32,000 nt of DNA, from NCBI GenBank assembly GCA_021735045.1, contig JAIPHU010000002.1:60001-92000 (forward strand), in the 5' to 3' direction. The stretch is from Candidatus Omnitrophota bacterium. GTDB taxonomy: Bacteria; Omnitrophota; Gorgyraeia; Duberdicusellales; 4484-171. Below, in pieces: positions 17,910 through 25,224 of the stretch (position 1 is the first letter of the stretch; the number at the start of each line of letters is the position of its first letter). The notes below the pieces were generated by a model that did not search any database, was not told the origin of the DNA, and was given only the letters and a program-made list of their open reading frames with translations. A program made the position numbers and the translations under genes.

Positions 17910-18680
17910 ATGGGAAAAGATAGCAATTTTATAAAGTTTCTTGGCACTGCTGGAGCCCGTTTTGTAATGATTAAGCAGCTTCGTTCTTCAGCCGGGATTT
18001 GGCTTAACTATAATTCAACCAATATTTTAATTGATCCTGGTCCTGGATGTTTAGTTCGGTGCCATAAAAGCCGGCCTAAGCTTGATCCTTCTAAACTTGA
18101 TGGGATAATTTTAACTCATAAGCATCTAGATCATTCGGGTGATATAAATGTAATGATTGAAGCTATGACCGAAGGAGGGTTTAGGAAAAAGGGCAAGTTA
18201 TTTTTACCTTCCGATGCATTAGGAAAAGATGGTGTAATTTTTAACTACCTCAAAGAGAAAGTAAAAAGAATCGAGAAGTTGAAGAAGAAAGAGTTTGTGG
18301 CTAAAGATATAAAATTTTCTGTACCTATACAAAATAAGCATTCTGTAGAAACTTATGGCCTAAAATTCTATTTAGGCAAAGAAGTGGTTGCTTATGTTTC
18401 TGATACAAAAAATTTTAATAAATTGATTAAAGCTTATTCTGATGCAACAGTTTTAATACTTAATGTTGTTTTTTTTAAGGCTAGGTTTGATTATGATCAT
18501 CTTTCTCTTCCTGAAGCAGTTAATCTAGTTAAACAGATAAAACCTAAAAAGGCAATCTTTACTCATTTTGGGATCTCTATCTTAAAGAAGAAGCCTCATC
18601 TTTTAGAAGAAAAAATAAAAAAAGAAACAGGGCTGAATATAAGTTTTGCTTATGATGGGATGAGTGTTGACATCAAATAA
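17910..18680 (+). CDS. MBL-fold metallo-hydrolase
   Basis: HxHxDH motif (THKHLDHSGD), downstream Asp and His ligands (VSDT, FTHFG). 256 aa. Confidence 0.8.
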   Translation: MGKDSNFIKFLGTAGARFVMIKQLRSSAGIWLNYNSTNILIDPGPGCLVRCHKSRPKLDPSKLDGIILTHKHLDHSGDINVMIEAMTEGGFRKKGKLFLPSDALGKDGVIFNYLKEKVKRIEKLKKKEFVAKDIKFSVPIQNKHSVETYGLKFYLGKEVVAYVSDTKNFNKLIKAYSDATVLILNVVFFKARFDYDHLSLPEAVNLVKQIKPKKAIFTHFGISILKKKPHLLEEKIKKETGLNISFAYDGMSVDIK

Positions 18681-18717
18681 ATATCAAGTAGAATACTTTT
18701 CCAGCATACACGTATCT

Positions 18718-18792
18718 GGCCCCATCGTCTAGTCTGGTCTAGGACAGGTGGTTCTCAGCCATCAGACACCGGTTCGAATCCGGTTGGGGCTA
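18718..18792 (+). tRNA. tRNA-Glu (anticodon CUC), no encoded CCA
   Basis: 75-nt cloverleaf folded by hand. Acceptor GGCCCCA/TGGGGCT (G1-U72), D arm GTCT-AGTCTGGTCTA-GGAC, anticodon arm GGTGG-TTCTCAG-CCATC, variable AGAC, T arm ACCGG-TTCGAAT-CCGGT, discriminator A, followed by TTATTTTT. Confidence 0.9.
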
Positions 18793-18993
18793 TTATTTTT
18801 CGATGATTTTTACAAGTAGAAAAGCTATGCAGTAAAAACAAATACAGATAAGCCCAACAAGCACTATAAGAAGATTAGTTAAAGAGCTCCCGCTTTTATG
18901 GGCCGCGTAGAGACCGCTAGCGATTAAAACCACTCCAAAAAACCAGGGTGAGCCTAGAATTACAAACTTTTCAAATTTAGTTAATTTTGCCAT
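18793..18993 (-). CDS. Small two-helix membrane protein (66 aa), unknown function
   Basis: Two hydrophobic segments. SD AGAGG (19001-19005) lies 7 nt upstream of the ATG. The stop codon directly abuts the tRNA 3' end. No family recognised. Confidence 0.55.
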   Translation of the reverse strand: MAKLTKFEKFVILGSPWFFGVVLIASGLYAAHKSGSSLTNLLIVLVGLICICFYCIAFLLVKIIEK

Positions 18994-19005
18994 AGTTTAA
19001 CCTCT

Positions 19006-19092
19006 TTATTTTTGTTTACCTCGGACAATAAGAAGAATAGCGATAACTATTATAATAATAACTATCATAATAGTTTGTATACCTACACTCAT
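19006..19092 (-). CDS. 28-aa hydrophobic peptide MSVGIQTIMIVIIIIVIAILLIVRGKQK
   Basis: Found by hand; it is below the ORF-track size cutoff. SD AGGAGG (19097-19102) lies 4 nt from the ATG. Its TAA (19006-19008) touches the SD of the 66-aa ORF. Single TM helix with a basic tail. Confidence 0.45.
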   Translation of the reverse strand: MSVGIQTIMIVIIIIVIAILLIVRGKQK

Positions 19093-19182
19093 TTGACCTC
19101 CTAAGTTAATTAGGTTATCATCTAAACCAGCTTATCATTATTTTCTAAGAGATGCAATGATAAATAGATATTTTAAAAAAAG

Positions 19183-19275
19183 TTAGTTTTTTTTCTGGGA
19201 GTCTTCAGGTAAGTTTAACACAATAAGAATTGCTATAGAGATTATTAGCCAAAACCAGGGAGAATTAACTATCAT
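19183..19275 (-). CDS. Possible 30-aa hydrophobic peptide MIVNSPWFWLIISIAILIVLNLPEDSQKKN
   Basis: Hand-translated. No SD. Shares SPWF followed by a hydrophobic helix with the 66-aa ORF (GSPWFFGVVLI). Weak support. Confidence 0.22.
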   Translation of the reverse strand: MIVNSPWFWLIISIAILIVLNLPEDSQKKN

Positions 19276-19358
19276 ACGATTATTTTATCGGTTATTTTTT
19301 AAGTATTCAAGGGGGTAGAGGTCAAATCATGAAATCGTTTACACAAGCTCTAATTAGC

Positions 19359-19386
19359 TTGGATTTTAAAAGATATATGATATAAT
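19359..19386 (+). promoter_or_regulatory. Candidate hisF promoter
   Basis: -35 TTGGAT (19359-19364), 16-nt spacer ending in TGa, -10 TATAAT (19381-19386). SD AGGAG (19399-19403) lies 9 nt before ATG 19413. Confidence 0.5.
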
Positions 19387-19412
19387 TTATTCTCTTTTAG
19401 GAGATTATAAAT

Positions 19413-20198
19413 ATGCTTGCAAAACGAATAATACCTTGTTTAGATATCCAAAACAGCCGAGTAGTTAAAGGGGTTAATTTTGTTGATTTAAAAGATGCCG
19501 GGGATCCGGTGGAAAATGCAAAAATTTACCAAAAAGAAGGGGCTGATGAACTGGTTTTTTTAGATATTACGGCTAGTCTTCAAAAGCGAAAAACGGTTAT
19601 TGAGCTAGTAAAAAAGGTATCCAAAGTAGTCTTTATGCCTTTTACTGTAGGCGGCGGCATAAAAAGCAATGAAGATATAAGAGAGATCCTTTTAGCTGGA
19701 GCAGATAAGGTGTCAATCAACAGTTCAGCAGTAAAACGGCCAAAGATGATAACTGAAGCGTCAAATATTTTTGGCAGTCAGTGCATTGTGGTTGCTATAG
19801 ACGCAAAGCGCAAAGCGCAAAGCGCAGAGCGCGAAAACACAAGTTGGGAAGTTTATACCCACGGGGGAAGAAAGCCAACAGGAATAGATGCTATTGGTTG
19901 GGCAAAAAAAGCAGAATCTTTAGGAGCAGGTGAGATACTTTTAACTAGCATGAACTGTGATGGTACAAAAAAAGGATTTGATATCTCTTTGACTAAAGCA
20001 ATCTCTGAAGCTGTTAATATTCCAGTTATTGCTTCCGGAGGTGCTGGGAATATAGATCATTTTTCTGATCTTTTTAAAAAAACCAAAGCTACTGCAGCTC
20101 TGGCTGCATCTATATTTCATTATAGAGAAATTAGTATCGGCCAAATAAAGAAAAAATTAAACCAAGAAAAAATAAAAGTACGACTGGAAAACAATTAG
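19413..20198 (+). CDS. hisF: Imidazole glycerol phosphate synthase cyclase subunit
   Basis: [69 protein letters not shown]. Confidence 0.93.
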   Translation: MLAKRIIPCLDIQNSRVVKGVNFVDLKDAGDPVENAKIYQKEGADELVFLDITASLQKRKTVIELVKKVSKVVFMPFTVGGGIKSNEDIREILLAGADKVSINSSAVKRPKMITEASNIFGSQCIVVAIDAKRKAQSAERENTSWEVYTHGGRKPTGIDAIGWAKKAESLGAGEILLTSMNCDGTKKGFDISLTKAISEAVNIPVIASGGAGNIDHFSDLFKKTKATAALAASIFHYREISIGQIKKKLNQEKIKVRLENN

Positions 20199-20207
20199 GA
20201 GGTGGCC

Positions 20208-20549
20208 ATGAATAAAGAAAATAATAATCAGCTAGATGTTTCTGAATTGAAATTTAACGAAAAAGGGCTTATTCCAGCAATAGTCCAAGATGAAAAATCT
20301 GGTGATGTATTGATGATCGCGTATATGAATAAAGAATCAGTTCAAATTACTCTTGATGAAAAAAGAACATGTTTTTACTCACGTTCACGTCAAAAACTAT
20401 GGAGAAAGGGAGAAACCAGCGGACATATTCAAAAAGTAAAAAGTATTTATTATGATTGTGACAAAGATGCGTTACTAGTTATCGTTGATCAAGAAGGGGG
20501 AGCTTGTCATACCGGTAATTGGAGCTGTTTTTATCGAAAGTTGATATAA
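20208..20549 (+). CDS. hisI: Phosphoribosyl-AMP cyclohydrolase (monofunctional HisI)
   Basis: [41 protein letters not shown] prefer ATG 20208 (AGGAGG at 20197-20202, 5-nt spacing) over the tracked GTG 20202. Confidence 0.88.
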   Translation: MNKENNNQLDVSELKFNEKGLIPAIVQDEKSGDVLMIAYMNKESVQITLDEKRTCFYSRSRQKLWRKGETSGHIQKVKSIYYDCDKDALLVIVDQEGGACHTGNWSCFYRKLI

Positions 20550-20559
20550 AAGGTAAAAG

Positions 20560-22044
20560 ATGGGTATAAAAATTAATCCTGGTTCAGGAGATTTTAAAAA
20601 GTTAGCTAAGAAAAATAACTTAATAGTTTTATCTTATAAGTTTTACTCGGATTGGTTTACGCCGATCGCAGCTTATTATAGTTTAAAAAATAAGATAAAA
20701 AGTGACAGTTTTTTGCTTGAGTCGGTGGAGGGCCAAGAAAAGGTTTGCCGTTATTCATTTTTAGGGTTTACGCCCCTTGCCACTTTTAAAACCAAAAAAG
20801 ATAAGGTTTATGTAAAAACTGACAAAGGCTCAACTATTTTTAAGATAAAAGATGATCCATTAGGCCAGCTAAAGAAGCTAATGGGTAGTTATAAGGTTGC
20901 TCCTAAAGAAAATCTACGTTTTTTTGGCGGTTTTGTTGGTTATCTTGGCTATGATTTGGTCAGATTTTATGAACCTGTGGGCAAAGAGCTAAAAGATAAG
21001 ATATCAACATTTGATTCTTACCTCGTTTTACCAAAATATTTAATTATATTTGACCATTTAAAAAAACAAGTTGAAATTCTTAATTTTATATCCATTGATA
21101 AAAAAAATAGTTTAGATAAAACTTATAAAACAGGGGTTGAAAAAATTGCAAAACTATATAATCAGATGATCAGTATAAAACCTTTGCCTAAATTGAATTT
21201 TGTTAAAAAGAATATAAAAATGAAATCAAACTTTAAAAAGGCTGATTTTATAAAAGCAATAAAAAAAGTTAAAAAACATATAAAAGAAGGCGATATAATT
21301 CAGACGGTTATCTCGCAAAGATTTAAAAGTAATTTTTCTAAAGATCCGTTTTTAGCTTACCGGTATTTACGAATTCTAAATCCATCTCCTTACATGTTCT
21401 ACCTTAACTTCGGCAAGCTAAAGCTGGCTGGATCTTCGCCTGAGATGTTGCTTAGAGCTGAAAAAAAACAGCTAATCACCCATCCCATCGCCGGCACCAG
21501 GCCCCGGGGTAAAAATGAAGCTCAAGACCAAAAGTTAAGAGAGTCGTTACTTTCTGATAAAAAAGAAAGGGCTGAACATATAATGCTGGTTGATTTAGCC
21601 AGAAATGATTTAGGGAGAGTTGCCGAAAAAAGGACAGTAAATTTACCTGTTTTTATGAATGTGGAAAAATTTTCCCATGTTATGCATATTGTAAGTGAAG
21701 TCAGGGCGAAAATGAAAAAAGGACAAAATTTATTTTCTGCTTTAGGTAGCTGTTTTCCTGCTGGTACTGTAAGTGGAGCTCCTAAGGTAAGAGCCATGCA
21801 GATAATAAATAAGCTTGAACCAGATAGAAGAGGTGTGTATGCAGGATCTGTAGGATATTTTTCCTTCACAAATAGCCTAGATACCTGTATAATAATCCGG
21901 ACTATTTTATTTAAAGAAAATAAAGCATATATTCAAGCTGGTGCCGGTATTGTAGCTGATTCTGTACCAGAGCATGAATATAAAGAGACTATCAGTAAGG
22001 CTAAAGCTCAAGTTAAAGCTTTAGAGTTGGCCAAAGGTAATTAA
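20560..22044 (+). CDS. trpE: Anthranilate synthase component I
   Basis: LLESVEG...CRYSFLG near the N-terminus, then NPSPYMFYL, SSPE, HPIAGT.PRG, ERAEH.MLVDL.RND, GTVSGAPK, RG.YAG.VGY, GAGIVADS. Confidence 0.87.
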   Translation: MGIKINPGSGDFKKLAKKNNLIVLSYKFYSDWFTPIAAYYSLKNKIKSDSFLLESVEGQEKVCRYSFLGFTPLATFKTKKDKVYVKTDKGSTIFKIKDDPLGQLKKLMGSYKVAPKENLRFFGGFVGYLGYDLVRFYEPVGKELKDKISTFDSYLVLPKYLIIFDHLKKQVEILNFISIDKKNSLDKTYKTGVEKIAKLYNQMISIKPLPKLNFVKKNIKMKSNFKKADFIKAIKKVKKHIKEGDIIQTVISQRFKSNFSKDPFLAYRYLRILNPSPYMFYLNFGKLKLAGSSPEMLLRAEKKQLITHPIAGTRPRGKNEAQDQKLRESLLSDKKERAEHIMLVDLARNDLGRVAEKRTVNLPVFMNVEKFSHVMHIVSEVRAKMKKGQNLFSALGSCFPAGTVSGAPKVRAMQIINKLEPDRRGVYAGSVGYFSFTNSLDTCIIIRTILFKENKAYIQAGAGIVADSVPEHEYKETISKAKAQVKALELAKGN

Positions 22045-22069
22045 TTTATTAAATAATTGAGGAGGAAAA

Positions 22070-22630
22070 ATGCTAAAGATAAGGTTAAGGCGCCCGGGTA
22101 AGTCGATTAAGGGCAGGACACACCAGAAAATTGTCGTAACTGAAAGGAGCTGGGCCAGAGAATCCAGATTTATTGATCAAATTGGTTATTATGATCCAGG
22201 TAGAGACCTGCTTCATATCGATACTGATAAATATAAAGATTGGCTTAAAAAGGGAGCTCAACCTTCTGAGACAGTCGCTAGTTTGTTTAAAAATTATGGA
22301 AAACCGAAAAAAGTAAAAAAGAAAAAACAACCAAAACAAGAAAAAGCTGCACCCACAGAAGCAGAGAAGGACAAAGAAACACCGAAGGAAGAAGCTGTAA
22401 CTACCGAAACAGAGAAAAGTGCTAGAACAGAGAAAAAAACAGCGACCGAAGAGAGCCTCGACCGAAGCGCCGAGAAAGAAAAACCCGACGAGAAAAAAGA
22501 GACAGAAACAGAAGAAAAGGATAAAGACAAAGGAGAAGAGCCAAAAGAGCAAAAAGATAAAGAAGAACCTAAAGAAGAACCTAAAGAAGAACCTAAAGAA
22601 GAACCTAAAGAAGACAATAAACCTAACTAA
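22070..22630 (+). CDS. rpsP: 30S ribosomal protein S16 with a long K/E/P-rich C-terminal extension
   Basis: N-terminal ~80 aa match S16 (MLKIRLRR.G..., RFIDQIGYYDP, WLKKGAQPSETV). They are followed by ~105 aa of low-complexity KKVKKKKQPKQEK...(KEEP)n. SD GAGGAGG upstream. Confidence 0.88.
   Translation: MLKIRLRRPGKSIKGRTHQKIVVTERSWARESRFIDQIGYYDPGRDLLHIDTDKYKDWLKKGAQPSETVASLFKNYGKPKKVKKKKQPKQEKAAPTEAEKDKETPKEEAVTTETEKSARTEKKTATEESLDRSAEKEKPDEKKETETEEKDKDKGEEPKEQKDKEEPKEEPKEEPKEEPKEDNKPN
22559..22615 (+). repeat. Perfect 12-bp tandem repeat AAAGAAGAACCT x4.75 within the rpsP tail
   Basis: Read directly: 22559-22570, 22571-22582, 22583-22594 and 22595-22606 are identical, plus a partial unit. 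Encodes (KEEP)n. Confidence 0.95.
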
Positions 22631-22658
22631 AATTATAATTTAACCATTGGAGGTTATT

Positions 22659-22931
22659 ATGGAACAAGGTGCAGGTAATATATTTTATCAATTAATCCCG
22701 CTGATATTTTTGTTTGCAGTTTTTTATTTTTTATTAATTAGACCGCAAAAAAAACAGCAAAAAGCACATCAATTGATGATTGCAAATCTTAAAAAGAACG
22801 ATCAAGTGGTTACTTCAGGAGGAATACACGGAACTATTGTAGCTGTTAAAGATAAGACTTTTGGTTTAAGGATAGATGAAGGGACTAAAGTTGTGGTAGA
22901 TAAAAACGCGATTGCATATCTAAAAAAATAA
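22659..22931 (+). CDS. yajC: Preprotein translocase subunit YajC
   Basis: Single TM helix followed by LIRPQKKQQK and a V.TSGGIHG.I motif. ATG 22659 (GGAGG at 22649-22653, 5-nt spacing) is preferred over the tracked TTG 22647. Confidence 0.85.
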   Translation: MEQGAGNIFYQLIPLIFLFAVFYFLLIRPQKKQQKAHQLMIANLKKNDQVVTSGGIHGTIVAVKDKTFGLRIDEGTKVVVDKNAIAYLKK

Positions 22932-22935
22932 AATA

Positions 22936-25116
22936 ATGATTAGAAGAAGTGATTTAAAGTTAAGACTTATAGGACTTTTAATTCTTATCGGGTTGTGTGT
23001 TTTTTATATTTTCCCGATAGGAGAAAAGATAAATTTAGGCCTGGATTTAAAAGGCGGCATGTATGTACTGCTTCGGGCTGATGTATCAGAGATTGATAAA
23101 GATAAAGTTCCCAATGCTATCTCTGCTGCAGTTGCAAAACTGCGTACTAGAATAGATACTTTTGGAGTCAAGGAAACTTCAATCTCTATCCAGGGGGATA
23201 AATCTATTTTAGTAAAGGTCCCGGGTTTAGTTGACCGTCAGATTATTGATAAGTTAAAGAAGGTTGGTAAGCTCGAGTTTAAATTAGTTTCAGATGATCA
23301 ACAAAAGCTGTCCAAGGCCCTTGAAGAAGGTCCCCCCGAAGGTTATCAACTAAAGGACTATAAGAGCAGTAAACTTCTAATTAAAGAAGAACCGGTTCTT
23401 ACCGGATCAGATCTTTCGGAAAGTTTTGTTGGTTTTGACCCTTATGGAGCTGCTGAGGTACGTCTACGTTTTACTTCTGAAGGGGCAGATAAATTTGCGA
23501 AGGTAACCCAGGAAAATACCGGGAAAATATTAGCAATTACCTTAGATGAAAAAATAAGAAGTACACCTCGCATACAAGAAGCTATTTTGGGAGGCCGAGC
23601 TCAAATAACTGGTGATTTTTCGACTGATGAAGCAAAAGCTACTTCATCTATTTTAAATTCTGGAGCTCTTCCGGTTCCCTTAACAGTCGAAGAAGAAAGA
23701 AGCGTTGGTCCACTTCTGGGTTCTGATTCGATTCAACGTGGTATAAATTCAATAGTTTTAGGTTCAATTTTAGTAATCAGTTTTATTTTAGTTTATTATC
23801 TTTTAGGTGGGATAATTACTATAATTTGTCTTGCTTTAGATTTATTATTCATCTTAGCCGGTTTACATATGTTTGGTGCTACTTTAACTTTACCTGGTAT
23901 TGCGGGCATGATTCTTACTTTAGGAATGGCTGTGGATGCAAATGTTTTAATTTTTGAAAGGATTCGCGAAGAGTTACGTTTAGAGAAGCCGCTTTCTGTT
24001 GCAGTACGCAATGGTTTTGATAAAGCTAAGCGCACTATATTTGATGCAAATTTAACTACCTTAATTGCAGCCCTTTTTCTTTTTATCTATGGGACTGGTC
24101 CAATTCGGGGTTTTGCAACAACACTTTCTTTAGGTATTGCCGCCAGTATCTTTACTGCTATTTTTGTGGGCAGGGTTATATTTTCTTATTTTCTTGATTT
24201 AAGACTGAAAAAGTTTCCCATGCTTTCTATTATTCCTAGGTCGCACATTAATTTTATCAAGTTAAAAAATATATGCTTAGTTATTTCTCTAGTTGTAGTT
24301 GTTTTTGGGTTGTTTAAGTTTTATCAAAAAGGTGAGGCAGCTTATGGGGTAGATTTTACCGGCGGACAAAATCTTGAATACAAAATAACCCCTAATGCTA
24401 ATATTGCTGATATACGCAATCTTGTAAATAATGCTGGTTTTTCAGATATTACAATTCAGGAGTTTAAAGATATCGAAGGTGGGATAATAGTTAAAAGTAA
24501 AAATGATATTGCCGCCCAACTAAAACAGAGCCTTGATGATCAGTATGAAAACGTAGAAGAGTTAAAGGTCACAACTGTTGGGCCGAGAGTGGGGAAAGTT
24601 TTACGAAAAAAAGCAATCTTTGCTATTATTTTTTCACTTTTAGGTATTTTAATTTATGTTGCTTATCGTTTCAAGCATTTCGACTTTGCTTTTGCTGCAG
24701 TGATAGCTGTTTTTCATGATGTCTTAATTAGCTTAGGTATTATGAGTTTAGCTGGTTTTTCAGTTAATTTGCTTACAGTAACAGCCCTTTTAACTATTGC
24801 TGGTTATTCGATAAATGATACGATTGTAATCTATGACCGAATTCGGGAAATTTCGCCCAGAATGCATAAATCAAAGTTAAGCGAAATTATAAATGTAGCC
24901 ATAAATAATACACTTTCGCGTTCAGTGATCACCTCGTTAACTACAATTTTGGTAGTTCTGTCGATTTACTTGTTAGGGGGTGAAGCTCTTTCCGGTTTTT
25001 CTTTTACGCTTTTAATCGGAATAATTGCTGGTACCTATTCTTCAATATATATCGCATCTCCTTTGGTTTTATTTTTTCGAAAATCCCACCTTCTTCATAA
25101 GGTAAGTAGTAAATAA
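22936..25116 (+). CDS. secDF: Fused protein-export membrane protein SecDF
   Basis: 726 aa. SecD part (LGLDLKGGM, periplasmic domain, GPLLG, LTLPGIAGMILTLGMAVDANVLIFERIREE) is followed by the SecF part (GVDFTGG, DTIVIYDRIRE). Twelve-TM architecture, located next to yajC. Confidence 0.92.
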   Translation: MIRRSDLKLRLIGLLILIGLCVFYIFPIGEKINLGLDLKGGMYVLLRADVSEIDKDKVPNAISAAVAKLRTRIDTFGVKETSISIQGDKSILVKVPGLVDRQIIDKLKKVGKLEFKLVSDDQQKLSKALEEGPPEGYQLKDYKSSKLLIKEEPVLTGSDLSESFVGFDPYGAAEVRLRFTSEGADKFAKVTQENTGKILAITLDEKIRSTPRIQEAILGGRAQITGDFSTDEAKATSSILNSGALPVPLTVEEERSVGPLLGSDSIQRGINSIVLGSILVISFILVYYLLGGIITIICLALDLLFILAGLHMFGATLTLPGIAGMILTLGMAVDANVLIFERIREELRLEKPLSVAVRNGFDKAKRTIFDANLTTLIAALFLFIYGTGPIRGFATTLSLGIAASIFTAIFVGRVIFSYFLDLRLKKFPMLSIIPRSHINFIKLKNICLVISLVVVVFGLFKFYQKGEAAYGVDFTGGQNLEYKITPNANIADIRNLVNNAGFSDITIQEFKDIEGGIIVKSKNDIAAQLKQSLDDQYENVEELKVTTVGPRVGKVLRKKAIFAIIFSLLGILIYVAYRFKHFDFAFAAVIAVFHDVLISLGIMSLAGFSVNLLTVTALLTIAGYSINDTIVIYDRIREISPRMHKSKLSEIINVAINNTLSRSVITSLTTILVVLSIYLLGGEALSGFSFTLLIGIIAGTYSSIYIASPLVLFFRKSHLLHKVSSK

Positions 25117-25224
25117 AGTTCTGACGGACCAAGGACGACAAAGGAAAATACGCAATTATCCATCGTTCTCATGAAGTGGTAGTTACTCGTCTTTCGGAAA
25201 ATTTACAACTTAAAATTTGTTTTT

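Noticed and set aside
18695-18720. Possible hairpin CCAGCATAC-ACGTATCTGG after the MBL gene, considered as a terminator
   Set aside because: The stem is short, bulged and AT-rich, has no U-tract, and overlaps the first bases of the tRNA.
19329-19385. 18-codon ORF (MKSFTQALISLDFKRYMI) with a well-spaced GAGG SD upstream of hisF, considered as a his/trp attenuation leader peptide
   Set aside because: It contains no His or Trp codons. No terminator/antiterminator pair is evident downstream. It also overlaps the best hisF promoter candidate (19359-19386), which would exclude it from the transcript.
19094-19412. Riboswitch, T-box or other known cis-regulatory RNA upstream of hisF; likewise at 29756-30049 upstream of the transporter
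   Set aside because: I could not find the T-box consensus (AA..GGGTGGTACCGCG-like) or any other riboswitch core I can recognise by eye. A covariance-model scan would be needed to exclude them properly.
22085-22643. Long ORFs overlapping the rpsP tail (22085-22552 minus, 22294-22617 minus, 22419-22643 plus)
   Set aside because: They are by-products of the purine-rich, low-complexity, stop-poor K/E/P repeat region. Their products are F/L/S-rich or K-rich nonsense with no start context. The S16 frame is continuous with a recognisable S16 core and a strong SD.
2388-22658. Non-ATG starts given by the ORF track for grpE (GTG 2388), hisI (GTG 20202) and yajC (TTG 22647)
   Set aside because: In each case a GGAGG/AGGAGG SD lies inside the extension, 5 nt upstream of an in-frame ATG (2400, 20208, 22659). 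That ATG is the more plausible start.
25117-25224. The secDF-mfd spacer, considered as a degraded remnant of the missing Mfd N-terminus or as a structured leader (GGACCAA GGACGAC heptad-like start, weak GACGA/TCGTC complementarity)
   Set aside because: There is an in-frame stop at 25171-25173, and 108 nt is far too short to hold the missing ~170 residues. The repeat has only two units and the stem only 5-6 bp.
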